Below, piece after piece: positions 48,656 through 61,100 of a stretch of DNA of 64,000 nucleotides (the first letter of the stretch is position 1; the number at the start of each line of letters is the position of its first letter). Origin of the DNA: Schmidtea nova. Its lineage: Eukaryota. The position numbers were made by a program, and so were the translations under genes. The notes beneath the pieces are model-generated. The model made no database searches. It was not told the origin of the DNA and saw nothing but the letters and a program-made list of their open reading frames with translations. The stretch is from positions 239,072,001 to 239,136,000 of the forward strand of contig CM097883.1 of the NCBI GenBank assembly GCA_044892505.1, read 5' to 3'.

Positions 48656-49090
48656 CTACGACCAATGAATTAATATGAGAGGATATTCAATGAATTCGAA
48701 TTTTTTTTCTCGGTAGTATTCTGACTTCGTCAGTATCGAATCAGGATTGGTTGTTGAGCGGATTATTTCCTTCTTAGCCTCCCTTAGAGGTCGAGGAAAA
48801 ATTAAGAACCGGAATCCCAGTTCATTAAATGTTGAATTTGGAATGAATCCCCAGTAGATTATTATCAGATAAAGCCAAATACTTTGCATTCCTTGACTGT
48901 CCTTTATCAAATCAAACCACTGAGCATAGTTCGAATGATAGTCCTCATCGAGGTTCACAGGCCATCTCGGTTCGCCTCGGTACCAAATCTTCTTCTTCAC
49001 TCAACGCTCTACATACCCACAAGAAGTGCACTGCATACTCCTACAGGGCACACAGACCTCCAATTAGGAACCACTGCTCTAGTTTTAGAT
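48656..49090 (-). mobile_element. Possible non-LTR retrotransposon C-terminal zinc-knuckle remnant
   Basis: Across a stop and a frameshift it reads LCAL*EYAVHFLWVCRAL/KKKIW..WFDLI..IW, resembling the C..C..H.L..C..W zf-RVT tail of L1/Tx1-type elements. Weak. Confidence 0.3.
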
Positions 49091-49357
49091 TCTATCCATC
49101 AATTTGGCGTTATCTGATAATTTAGGTTCATCATTTTAATTTATTTATTTATTTTAAGCGCTATTTTAGACTAGTTTATTTACCCAACACCGATTATAAT
49201 CAATATTTATTGGTTAAACGAAAAATAAGTATTATATAATCAATATAGTGAAAAGCTTCAGCAATGCCAAAGCCTTTCACGAACAATTAACCTAATAAAA
49301 ATTATATTGAAATACAAAATTTATCAAATGGCAAGATGTTAAAATTGATCTAAATTC

Positions 49358-52122
49358 TCATTCCCATTTGACTACTTTCCTAGTCGAGACAAACTCCCCA
49401 TATGGAGTTTCTGTTCCAATTGGTAGCGTTGCCAAGTAACAGGGAGTATCAGCACCTGAAACAATACAAATCATTATTTGTTATATGAAATCATTTCCTA
49501 GGATTTTCTTGCCTTCATAAATAGTCAAATGACCCTTGTGACTACTCATGTCAGTATCCACATAACCGGGGCAGCACTACAACACAATTATATTTAATCA
49601 ATATCGATTCCACATCAAATTCCCTACGCAATTTATTAGAATCTTTCTTGGATCATTTTTAAATTCCTCTGCCAAAATATAGGTCATCTTGGTAACGGCC
49701 AATTTTGAAACTCCATACGCTTGTTTTGGCCAACCGTTCTGTTCCAACGTGTCTTCTTTGGCTGCTCTGGAATGAGAACATTAAAATGCCGATAAATTTG
49801 CATGTTGTCTAACTTCACAAAATCGTGGATGCAATTTTGCAATTCACTCATTGACATCGGTGCCAGAAAACGCTTATACAATTCACCGCTCAGCTTCTTT
49901 AGACACATCTGGCTCAACATACTGGATACATTTACCAGTCTAGTAAGCGGATTGATGAATCATAACATTTCAATTGAAATGAATCAGTCAGATTACCTAG
50001 CATTTAACTTTAGAATTGGAATGAATTCAAGGCACATGCTCAAAGTATTAGTAAAGTTGGTTGCAACAGTCACTTCAGCTTGTTCATTGAATGGAGCAGT
50101 ACTGTCACCCTGAATATGCAGTTTTATTTACTGCTGTAATCTTAATAATGATATCGTTTTGGAATTGTATTATTAATAAGCGTAGGACTGTAATATGCAT
50201 ACCTATCTAATTAATCTAGAACAGCTTTCAAAGTTTAAGGTTCACCTATAATTTACATACGATAAATTGGCAATAACTTTGCAATTCTTTATTTCACATG
50301 CTTGTACACTTTCTAACGTTATGATTTACTTCTTCGTTATTGATTTTTCTATATTATAGAAAAAGCAAGGATATAATTTAATATCATTGTTTCAGATATA
50401 AAGTAAAACATTCAAAGAGTAACTGTCATGTAGAAAAGAAAACTATGCTAGAGCAAACATAATTTATGGAATGCGTAGATAGCGAACTGCTTATGAAATT
50501 GCGGATTTCAATAATCTCTTTATGTATAGTTTATAAAGTAAAGAATATGTATAAAACCGATCCTGATGTCACTACATTAAACAAGGACGAACTACACTAG
50601 AACTACACTAAACAAGATTCAGAAGGTTGGTCTAAGTCCAAATATTTTACACAAAATCCAGAAGATCATCATTGCAGATCCCAGAAAGTCAAAGAGCTCC
50701 AAACTGTTGGGGTTGTGTTTAAACAAGCACGAAATAAAGTAAAAAGCACAAAAACTATGAACAAATCAAAAAAAACAAAAATTTTAAAAAGTAATAATTA
50801 AAGTACAAGAATTAATAAATTTTTGGAAAAATAAAAAAAATTTTGCGAGGGAAATTGGTATGGGAGGATGCCATATAATGATGCGAATTCAAATATGGTA
50901 ATATAAAATCAAAAAGGGGCCCAAGAAAGAATTATTAAAAAAGAATTAATTACCTAATGGAAAACCCGAGTAATATGGGAAACCGGAATCATCAACAGAA
51001 TTATTTAATTATTAGGGGAAATTGGATCATGTAGAGGAAGCCCATGTGAGTAATGCTTAAGACAATTACTCTAAACAAAATTAATTATCGTGAAACCTGG
51101 AGAAGGATGAAAGAGCCCAAGCGGAATTTTTCTGTCTTTCTATAGAACACCTGTTTTCGTATAATAAAAGTAACTATACTACACGCAGGTGTGTACACCT
51201 ACGCGTGACTCAATAATATTTTTTTCATTTATGACAATTCAGCCATTTTTAAAATGGATATCAGATAAGTTTATTTATAAAGATATTTTTAAGGCTTTTT
51301 TTGATCTTATAATGATATTAGATCTCTATACAATGTTTGAAAGATTATTTTTAATATGGACTTATTTTTATTTAATTTTTAAATACTTTGACGGAAATTA
51401 TGATTTTTAATATGTTTTAAGAATTATTTACATTAAAAGTAAGTTAAAAATAACTTTTAACTAAGACTTATTATATGAATTATTATTAATTAAAATTTTT
51501 ATATTTATAAATCTTCCAAATCGGAACTAGTTTTTGCCATTTTTCATGGCTTTGATTATTCTGATTTGGTAGATTTGGGAAATTCCATTATAATATTTTA
51601 TTTTCCACTTTGAAAATTCAAGTTTTATTTTCTATTTCAAGCATTGCCAAATTTTATATTTTATCCTGCATTACCTTGGACTTCAATGTGGCCTAAATTG
51701 CTGTGTAAATATGTTTAATTGGCTATAAATTGAAAATAATTGGACAGTATTATCTTTTTGGTTTCTGAAAGCGGAAAAATTTTGTGAAATATTTCGGAAA
51801 TTTTATATAAATTCATTAAAATAAAACATACAACGTTATTTATTCATTTTCTCGACAACTCCCCTAGGAAATATTCCAAATTTTTACCCACAAACCCTAT
51901 TTTATGAATAAATAAATTTATTATAGACTCTTAATCGTGTAAAATAATTTACCTTTTAAAGTTCGCATGTATTTTTCATTGTTTATGTGCTTGAGTGTAT
52001 TATTTATTATTTCTTCTCCGTTGTCTATGACATTAAAATCTCTTAAAGTCAAAATTTAACACCTACGTAAGTTTTCATTTGATATTGATAATTTTTAACA
52101 TTTATTATATGTAGTGCCTTCG

Positions 52123-52178
<56 letters not shown>

Positions 52179-55100
52179 GGGTGGTCCTTACTTTTGAAGT
52201 TTTGATTTATGATTGTCTGGCCCTCTCATGTTGTTTCATATTATAAGAAACAAAATTGGGCAAAATATGAGCACAATTGAACAATATTTAGAGGTAGCTC
52301 AATGAAGTTGAAGTTTATATGGTAAAGCACTATGTTCGACGTTGTTCGTATTGAACTATTTACGTAAGTATTATATGTATTTCACTGTGCATTGTATTTT
52401 CACTTAATCATTTACTTACTGAGATATGTGTGAGGATTTAATATCCACATTAAATATTCTTTGCTTGTTGTTTACTTAATCTGAGAAACCTGTTTGCAAT
52501 GCTGAACCTGTCGGATGGATTCCTAACCGAAGACCCAGCATCATGGAACAGTAGAGATGACTTCAGGGCTGCAGAGGCAATTATTAAGACACTGGCAGTC
52601 ACCAATAACAATGCAGAACGCGGTGTCGCCCTTATTCAAGATGCGGCCCATTCAGGGCGCTTTAGATCTGAAGAACAATTACAACATACCCTCCAAGTTA
52701 TTGAACAGAACAGGACAACTTTCCCAGATGCCAAAAAAATCAACGCTTCTTGGGAAACAATGAATTCTAGAAGCCGCATAGTTCGAATTTAAGACATTTT
52801 GTTTCTGCCAAAACTCTTTAATTGACGCTGGCTGAGTGTATATCGATCTGGTCTAGTACTATCGACTCCAGTCAGTATTTACTGTTTAGAGAGACAATCA
52901 ATCCTTTACTATCTTGTTTGTATTAAAAAGAATGATAAAAATTTGTTAAATTCATTTCTTGCATTAAATCGCGTAATTCGTATCATAGTAGTAAACTTTG
53001 ATGACCTTGAGCTACCTCTAAATATTAAAATTTTTCCACCAAACTTTTTCTCTAGTGTTTCTAGCTTAAATTTAACAATTCTTGGGGGTCAGACATTAAA
53101 TAAATATTTTTTTTCATGTATTTAAGGACCCCCCTAATATATATAGAGCATTTACATGAACTTCATAACCACATTCTTTGCGATTGGCTTTGTTGTCGTC
53201 AANNNNNNNNNNNNNNNNNNNNNNNNNNNNNNNNNNNNNNNNNNNNNNNNNNNNNNNNNNNNNNNNNNNNNNNNNNNNNNNNNNNNNNNNNNNNNNNNNN
53301 NNNNNNNNNNNNNNNNNNNNNNNNNNNNNNNNNNNNNNNNNNNNNNNNNNNNNNNTAAATTACATATTTGTATATATAATTAAATTAAATATAGTTATGT
53401 ATAAAAATATTAATCAGTGTTGTTTAAATTGACAAAAACAAGAAGAGAATTAAAAAATAAACCGACATTTACAAAACTTAATATTATGCAGCAAGCAAAT
53501 TCAGATTCAAAAATAGCAGTTTTATTCAATATGAAGAAGGAAGCAATTCAAATCGCAACGCACAAACATTTTTATTGTAATAAATATTTATTGTTGGTAA
53601 TTTATTTCAAATTTACTACATTATAGAATCTTTTAATGTGTGAAAACAGGTGTAGACATACATAAATTAATTGCAAATTTTCTTATTACTAGAATTTAGA
53701 ATTTAAAAGAAAAATTCTGGATGCATCGAATGTTATTAACGGTCCTACGTGTTGAAAAATCTCTTTGAAAGACATAAATTTTCATTTAAATAAAATTTAC
53801 ACTAAAAATAAAATTATTACCTTTTCACAAATAATTTAGGAAAATCCTCAAATTTTTATTAAACAAAAGAATAATTATATTTAATTTTTTAAAAAAATAC
53901 CATTAGTATTAAAATATTTGACTATTCTGATTTCGTAAATTTCAAAAATTTCATTATAATATTTTATATTCAACATTGAAATTAATTTAAATTTATGATT
54001 TTTGAGTTTCAAGTTTTTTTTCCATTTCAAGCATTGCCAAATTTTATATTTTGTCCTGCATTATGTTAGATTCCAGAATGATTTAAATTGATGTGTAAAT
54101 GTTTAATTGTTCATAAATTGATGTTGTTATCTTTTTGGCCTCTGAAAACGAAAAAATATGAAAAACAAAACTTACGATGTTATTTATTCATTTTCTCGAC
54201 AATTCCCCTAGGAAAGATTCTAAATATGTACTCACAAACCATATTTTAAAAATAAATAAATTTAGAACTCTTTACATCATTTAAAAGATATCGAGTTTTA
54301 AAGTTCGCATGTATTTTGCATTGTGTTTTGTACTTGTATGTATTATTTATCTTTACTTCTACTTTGTCTATCACATAAAAACTCAAAGTCAAAATTTAAC
54401 AACCATGTAAGTTTTCATTTACTATTGATACTATTTAACATATATTGTAGTCACTGTTATTGTACGAAAAAAAGTATATAAAATCTAAATTAATGTCTGT
54501 AGTCGAACGCACAAGATAACTTTATTTATACATTCAAAAAATTGGCAATCACGTTTTTAACATTATTTAAACAAACATAATAATCAATTATTACATTCCC
54601 CCGTGATGTCAACATTATCGTCAAGCACGTCGTCGCTGAGAATATAATCTTGTAGGTACGCTGGTACGTATCGGTTTCTTAGTTGCCTATCCGGTTGACA
54701 TTTCAGTCGTAGGTTGACCATTATTTTAATAGTTCGCTCTTTCCCGTCGTGTCAGTCGGCTCAACCTGTGTGATGTCAGCTATGTGCCTGGGACACCATC
54801 CACCTCGATATTCGTGGGCGAGTGAACGTTTGTGACGGTACCCTCTGTCCAAACACTTGTACATCTTGCATTCGGCGGCTTACAGAATACCTTGTCTCCT
54901 CTTTCCTTTCAGTCGTATGTAAATAGTTGTCTCGAAGGCGCCACAAAGTCGCCACTGTAGCTCATGTTGAACCAGTAAACCATGTCAAGGGGTCCCCTCC
55001 CGTCCGGGCCGCCATTTTTTTAACGGTCCTGTGGTTCCTCTCAACAATTCCGTTTCCCGATGGTCGATAAGCGCATCGAATAATACGATCAACACCCCAC

Positions 55101-58100
55101 TTTGCACATACTTCCTCTAATTGACGAAACCTAAATGAACCGCCATTATCCATGAGCAACTGGCACAGAGGTCCGCGTTTTCTGAATATTTGTTCAGATT
55201 CTAGTAATGGTCACAGCATCCTCGTTACAAATCTCTCCATATTGTGAATCTACTCGGTCCGCAATCGATACACGTCAAATAACGCTTATTCCGGTAGTGA
55301 GTCACGTCTAACGCCAATCTGGTCCAATTACACTTCACCGCCAAATTTTTATGTTTCCATCTTACAGGTGCTGGATCTATCGTTCGACACTTAATACAGT
55401 TTGATATCACACTTTGTACCGCTCCACGAGATAATTTAGTAAGTAACTTCCTTACGAAATACAGAGTTCGATCCACTCTGAAGTGATGCGCCTAGTGGCA
55501 CTTCCTTATTCTGTCGGATATCGATATAGTAGAACAACTTACTTGTTTAACCCATGTAAGCCAAGCTTTCTTAATTCTTGTTAAAACGCCTGCCTTGTTT
55601 TTCTCGGCAGAGACAAACTCCACGGCTATCTTTAAGTTGTATGCTAGTTGTAGTTCATGAACAATTTGTAGACGCCTACGAATTAGCATCTCAGAAGATC
55701 CGTGAGTTTTTACTCGATGACTATCTGTCAGTAATGACCCCAGCCAACTTTGGACCATCGCAGAATCTGATTTCACGATTATCGACGACAGATCCCACTT
55801 AATCGCGAGATTAATTCCTATAATTACAGTAATCAGCCACGTTTGCATGCGCTGCGTCGTCTGTCTTTCTCAACTAATCGACATCCTCCACGATCTCTCC
55901 GTTGATTTTGAGACAAACTCCAAGAGCCAGATTGCTTGCATCACACCATACAACTCCATCTTTTGTCGGTGAAACATGCCAAACTCCACGAACTGGATCA
56001 TCTTTCTTAACGAGTTCGATAATTTTAGCTTTTATCATGGAAGCATAATCTCCAATTGTATCTTCGCACGTTGAACCGGTACTCTGGCGCTTAACATAAC
56101 TACATGCAATCCGTAACCAGCCAGCAACCGGGTAGTGACTGACCAGCTGACCGTACAGGGAAAACAGCCCCCTCCTCGTCATCGCTTTGTATGGTCCCAT
56201 CTCATTGATTACGTTTCCTCTCCTCCAATAGCTGCTTTCCATGCATCTAGAGATCTGTAATTCCAAAACTTTAGAAGTACCAAATTTTTCCAAAGTTTTA
56301 ACTGCTAGCCCGTATCTTGCCAGATGACGCACAACTTCGTCTAATTGTACTTTTGACGTATTGACAATGCTATCGTCAATATAAATGTCGGTTGCCTCTA
56401 TTGTCTTTGCGTAATCCTAACACTCTTCGCACTATGGCAGACATTATTTTAGGTGCTACATTGAGGCCGAAACCCAATCTTGTCAAAGCATATACCTTTC
56501 CTTTAAACCTGACTTTTTGAAAATCCCACAGATCGGGATTTACATGTATTTGTAGATAGGCTTTCATCAGATCGAGCATCTCGACTTTCCCCCCGAATCT
56601 TCGCCAACGCCGTAAAGATTCGTCGCAAGCTTCACTCCGACCCGTGTGGCTCGTTACATATTTATTCAGTTGGCGATAGTCGAGCACTGGTCGTATTTTT
56701 GCTTTGTTAGACTGATGGTAAATGCCAATAATGGCAGTATACCATCAGAGTTTTCTTCATAAGACGTTAACCAACTGTTTCTAATTCATTCTGTAATTTC
56801 CGCGTCGAATCCATTGCGTAGCTCTGTTTTAATTACATAGTTGGCACATGTATTACTAAGTTCAGGAGGTTGATTTTTGCATTTACAACTCACTGTCCAA
56901 TCACCGGAAAGGAAATCGGCTTGAAAGTCTTCATCTCGAATTTCCAAAGACTTGGTATGTCGTTTGTCTGCCCTCAAGAAATTGGACTTTCTCCCCACGG
57001 CGCTGGCCAAAGTAAAGGATACTCCTTGCCTTGATATATTCACCACGCCGAGCATTCCTATAACATCCATTCCCAAAATTACACCAAAATCTCTTGGAAT
57101 GTTTTCCATCACCAGACAGACCACTCGCAGACTTGTCTTTCTAATAACAATGTTAACCTCGACGGTTCCCAAACTCTTGGCCAATGATCCATCAGCCACC
57201 AGCACACTCTCGCTCTTCTCATACGGTCCGCTGTCCAACGAGGACAAAATAATAGATTGGGTACAACCTGAATCTTTGGAAGTCCTTCCGTTGACAGTTA
57301 CAACGACAGTCTACAGCGCCATTATTGCTTTTCCGGAGTGAACACTGGCGTACGTGTTACTCCGATAGCGTTTCCCGTCTGTTTCTTTGGGCACGATCGC
57401 GCGAGGTTGGCTTTATCACCACATATTTAACATTGTTTGTTTTTTCGGAAACATGTATCTTCATTGTGCCCTTTCTTTCCACAAAACGAACACATTTGGT
57501 CATTAGGATTGGCAATTCTTCTTTCTTTTACTCCCAGCATACAACTTTGCTGAGAAACTGCATTACTCAATATAGATGGAGCTATCTGTACAACCGCATC
57601 CATTGCCATTGTCTTAATGTTCGGAATAGCCTGTAGTGACTGTGATATAGACGCTGGAAGTCCAGTAACGAACGAACATCTAATAACGGCATCATTGAAG
57701 CAAGATAACTTACCCAGAGATGTTAGTTCAGCCAGTTAAACTTCGACAGGCTCGTTGCTCCATGATCGATTCTTCAATTTCTCAAAGGCAAGAAACATCG
57801 ACATAGAGAAGGCTCTCTTCATTGCTGCTTCGGTCTTGATGAAACTTACTCTGACTTCATCGCTGATATGTTGATACACCGCATATGCGTCTCCTTTCAT
57901 CAGTATCGCTAAAACATCTCCAGGTTCTCAATCTTTTGCATTAGAGCTATCGTTCTTACTTGGGAGAACCATATCGTCACGTCACCCGTTCCATCAAATT
58001 TTTCAATATATTTAATAACTTCTATGAATTTAGCCGCGATAGCTTGTAGTCGAACGCACAAGATGACTTTATTTATACATTCAAAAAATTGGCAATCACG

Positions 58101-61100
58101 TTTTTAACATTATTTAAACAAACATAATAATCAATTATTACATTCCCCCGTGATGTCAACATTATCGTCAAGCACGTCGTCGCTGAGAATATAATCTTGT
58201 AGGTACGCTGGTACGTATCGGTTTCTTAGTTGCCTATCCGGTTGACATTTCAGTCGTAGGTTGACCATTATTTTAATAGTTCGCTCTTTCCCGTCGTGTC
58301 AGTCGGCTCAACCTGTGTGATGTCAGCTATGTGCCTGGGACACCATCCACCTCGATATTCGTGGGCGAGTGAACGTTTGTGACGGTACCCTCTGTCCAAA
58401 CACTTGTACATCTTGCATTCGGCGGCTTACAGAATACCTTGTCTCCTCTTTCCTTTCAGTCGTATGTAAATAGTTGTCTCGAAGGCGCCACAAAGTCGCC
58501 ACTGTAGCTCATGTTGAACCAGTAAACCATGTCAAGGGGTCCCCTCCCGTCCGGGCCGCCATTTTTTTAACGGTCCTGTGGTTCCTCTCAACAATTCCGT
58601 TTCCCGATGGTCGATAAGCGCATCGAATAATACGATCAACACCCCACTTTGCACATACTTCCTCTAATTGACGAAACCTAAATGAACCGCCATTATCCAT
58701 GAGCAACTGGCACAGAGGTCCGCGTTTTCTGAATATTTGTTCAGATTCTAGTAATGGTCACAGCATCCTCGTTACAAATCTCTCCATATTGTGAATCTAC
58801 TCGGTCCGCAATCGATACACGTCAAATAACGCTTATTCCGGTAGTGAGTCACGTCTAACGCCAATCTGGTCCAATTACACTTCACCGCCAAATTTTTATG
58901 TTTCCATCTTACAGGTGCTGGATCTATCGTTCGACACTTAATACAGTTTGATATCACACTTTGTACCGCTCCACGAGATAATTTAGTAAGTAACTTCCTT
59001 ACGAAATACAGAGTTCGATCCACTCTGAAGTGATGCGCCTAGTGGCACTTCCTTATTCTGTCGGATATCGATATAGTAGAACAACTTACTTGTTTAACCC
59101 ATGTAAGCCAAGCTTTCTTAATTCTTGTTAAAACGCCTGCCTTGTTTTTCTCGGCAGAGACAAACTCCACGGCTATCTTTAAGTTGTATGCTAGTTGTAG
59201 TTCATGAACAATTTGTAGACGCCTACGAATTAGCATCTCAGAAGATCCGTGAGTTTTTACTCGATGACTATCTGTCAGTAATGACCCCAGCCAACTTTGG
59301 ACCATCGCAGAATCTGATTTCACGATTATCGACGACAGATCCCACTTAATCGCGAGATTAATTCCTATAATTACAGTAATCAGCCACGTTTGCATGCGCT
59401 GCGTCGTCTGTCTTTCTCAACTAATCGACATCCTCCACGATCTCTCCGTTGATTTTGAGACAAACTCCAAGAGCCAGATTGCTTGCATCACACCATACAA
59501 CTCCATCTTTTGTCGGTGAAACATGCCAAACTCCACGAACTGGATCATCTTTCTTAACGAGTTCGATAATTTTAGCTTTTATCATGGAAGCATAATCTCC
59601 AATTGTATCTTCGCACGTTGAACCGGTACTCTGGCGCTTAACATAACTACATGCAATCCGTAACCAGCCAGCAACCGGGTAGTGACTGACCAGCTGACCG
59701 TACAGGGAAAACAGCCCCCTCCTCGTCATCGCTTTGTATGGTCCCATCTCATTGATTACGTTTCCTCTCCTCCAATAGCTGCTTTCCATGCATCTAGAGA
59801 TCTGTAATTCCAAAACTTTAGAAGTACCAAATTTTTCCAAAGTTTTAACTGCTAGCCCGTATCTTGCCAGATGACGCACAACTTCGTCTAATTGTACTTT
59901 TGACGTATTGACAATGCTATCGTCAATATAAATGTCGGTTGCCTCTATTGTCTTTGCGTAATCCTAACACTCTTCGCACTATGGCAGACATTATTTTAGG
60001 TGCTACATTGAGGCCGAAACCCAATCTTGTCAAAGCATATACCTTTCCTTTAAACCTGACTTTTTGAAAATCCCACAGATCGGGATTTACATGTATTTGT
60101 AGATAGGCTTTCATCAGATCGAGCATCTCGACTTTCCCCCCGAATCTTCGCCAACGCCGTAAAGATTCGTCGCAAGCTTCACTCCGACCCGTGTGGCTCG
60201 TTACATATTTATTCAGTTGGCGATAGTCGAGCACTGGTCGTATTTTTGCTTTGTTAGACTGATGGTAAATGCCAATAATGGCAGTATACCATCAGAGTTT
60301 TCTTCATAAGACGTTAACCAACTGTTTCTAATTCATTCTGTAATTTCCGCGTCGAATCCATTGCGTAGCTCTGTTTTAATTCCATAGTTGGCACATGTAT
60401 TACTAAGTTCAGGAGGTTGATTTTTGCATTTACAACTCACTGTCCAATCACCGGAAAGGAAATCGGCTTGAAAGTCTTCATCTCGAATTTCCAAAGACTT
60501 GGTATGTCGTTTGTCTGCCCTCAAGAAATTGGACTTTCTCCCCACGGCGCTGGCCAAAGTAAAGGATACTCCTTGCCTTGATATATTCACCACGCCGAGC
60601 ATTCCTATAACATCCATTCCCAAAATTACACCAAAATCTCTTGGAATGTTTTCCATCACCAGACAGACCACTCGCAGACTTGTCTTTCTAATAACAATGT
60701 TAACCTCGACGGTTCCCAAACTCTTGGCCAATGATCCATCAGCCACCAGCACACTCTCGCTCTTCTCATACGGTCCGCTGTCCAACGAGGACAAAATAAT
60801 AGATTGGGTACAACCTGAATCTTTGGAAGTCCTTCCGTTGACAGTTACAACGACAGTCTACAGCGCCATTATTGCTTTTCCGGAGTGAACACTGGCGTAC
60901 GTGTTACTCCGATAGCGTTTCCCGTCTGTTTCTTTGGGCACGATCGCGCGAGGTTGGCTTTATCACCACATATTTAACATTGTTTGTTTTTTCGGAAACA
61001 TGTATCTTCATTGTGCCCTTTCTTTCCACAAAACGAACACATTTGGTCATTAGGATTGGCAATTCTTCTTTCTTTTACTCCCAGCATACAACTTTGCTGA

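Larger units (their letters stand above)
51565..54450 (+). repeat. Diverged ~0.5-kb direct repeat pair (51565-52115 and 53945-54450)
   Basis: Colinear shared blocks, including CAAGCATTGCCAAATTTTATATTTT, TTATTTATTCATTTTCTCGACAA.TCCCCTAGGAAA, TTTTAAAGTTCGCATGTATTTT and AAAGTCAAAATTTAACA. Confidence 0.85.

Noticed and set aside
46852-52125. Single TG..CA LTR element between two (TA)n tracts
   Set aside because: No LTR pair exists, the interval contains genuine CBR exons, and TG/CA next to TA runs is expected by chance.
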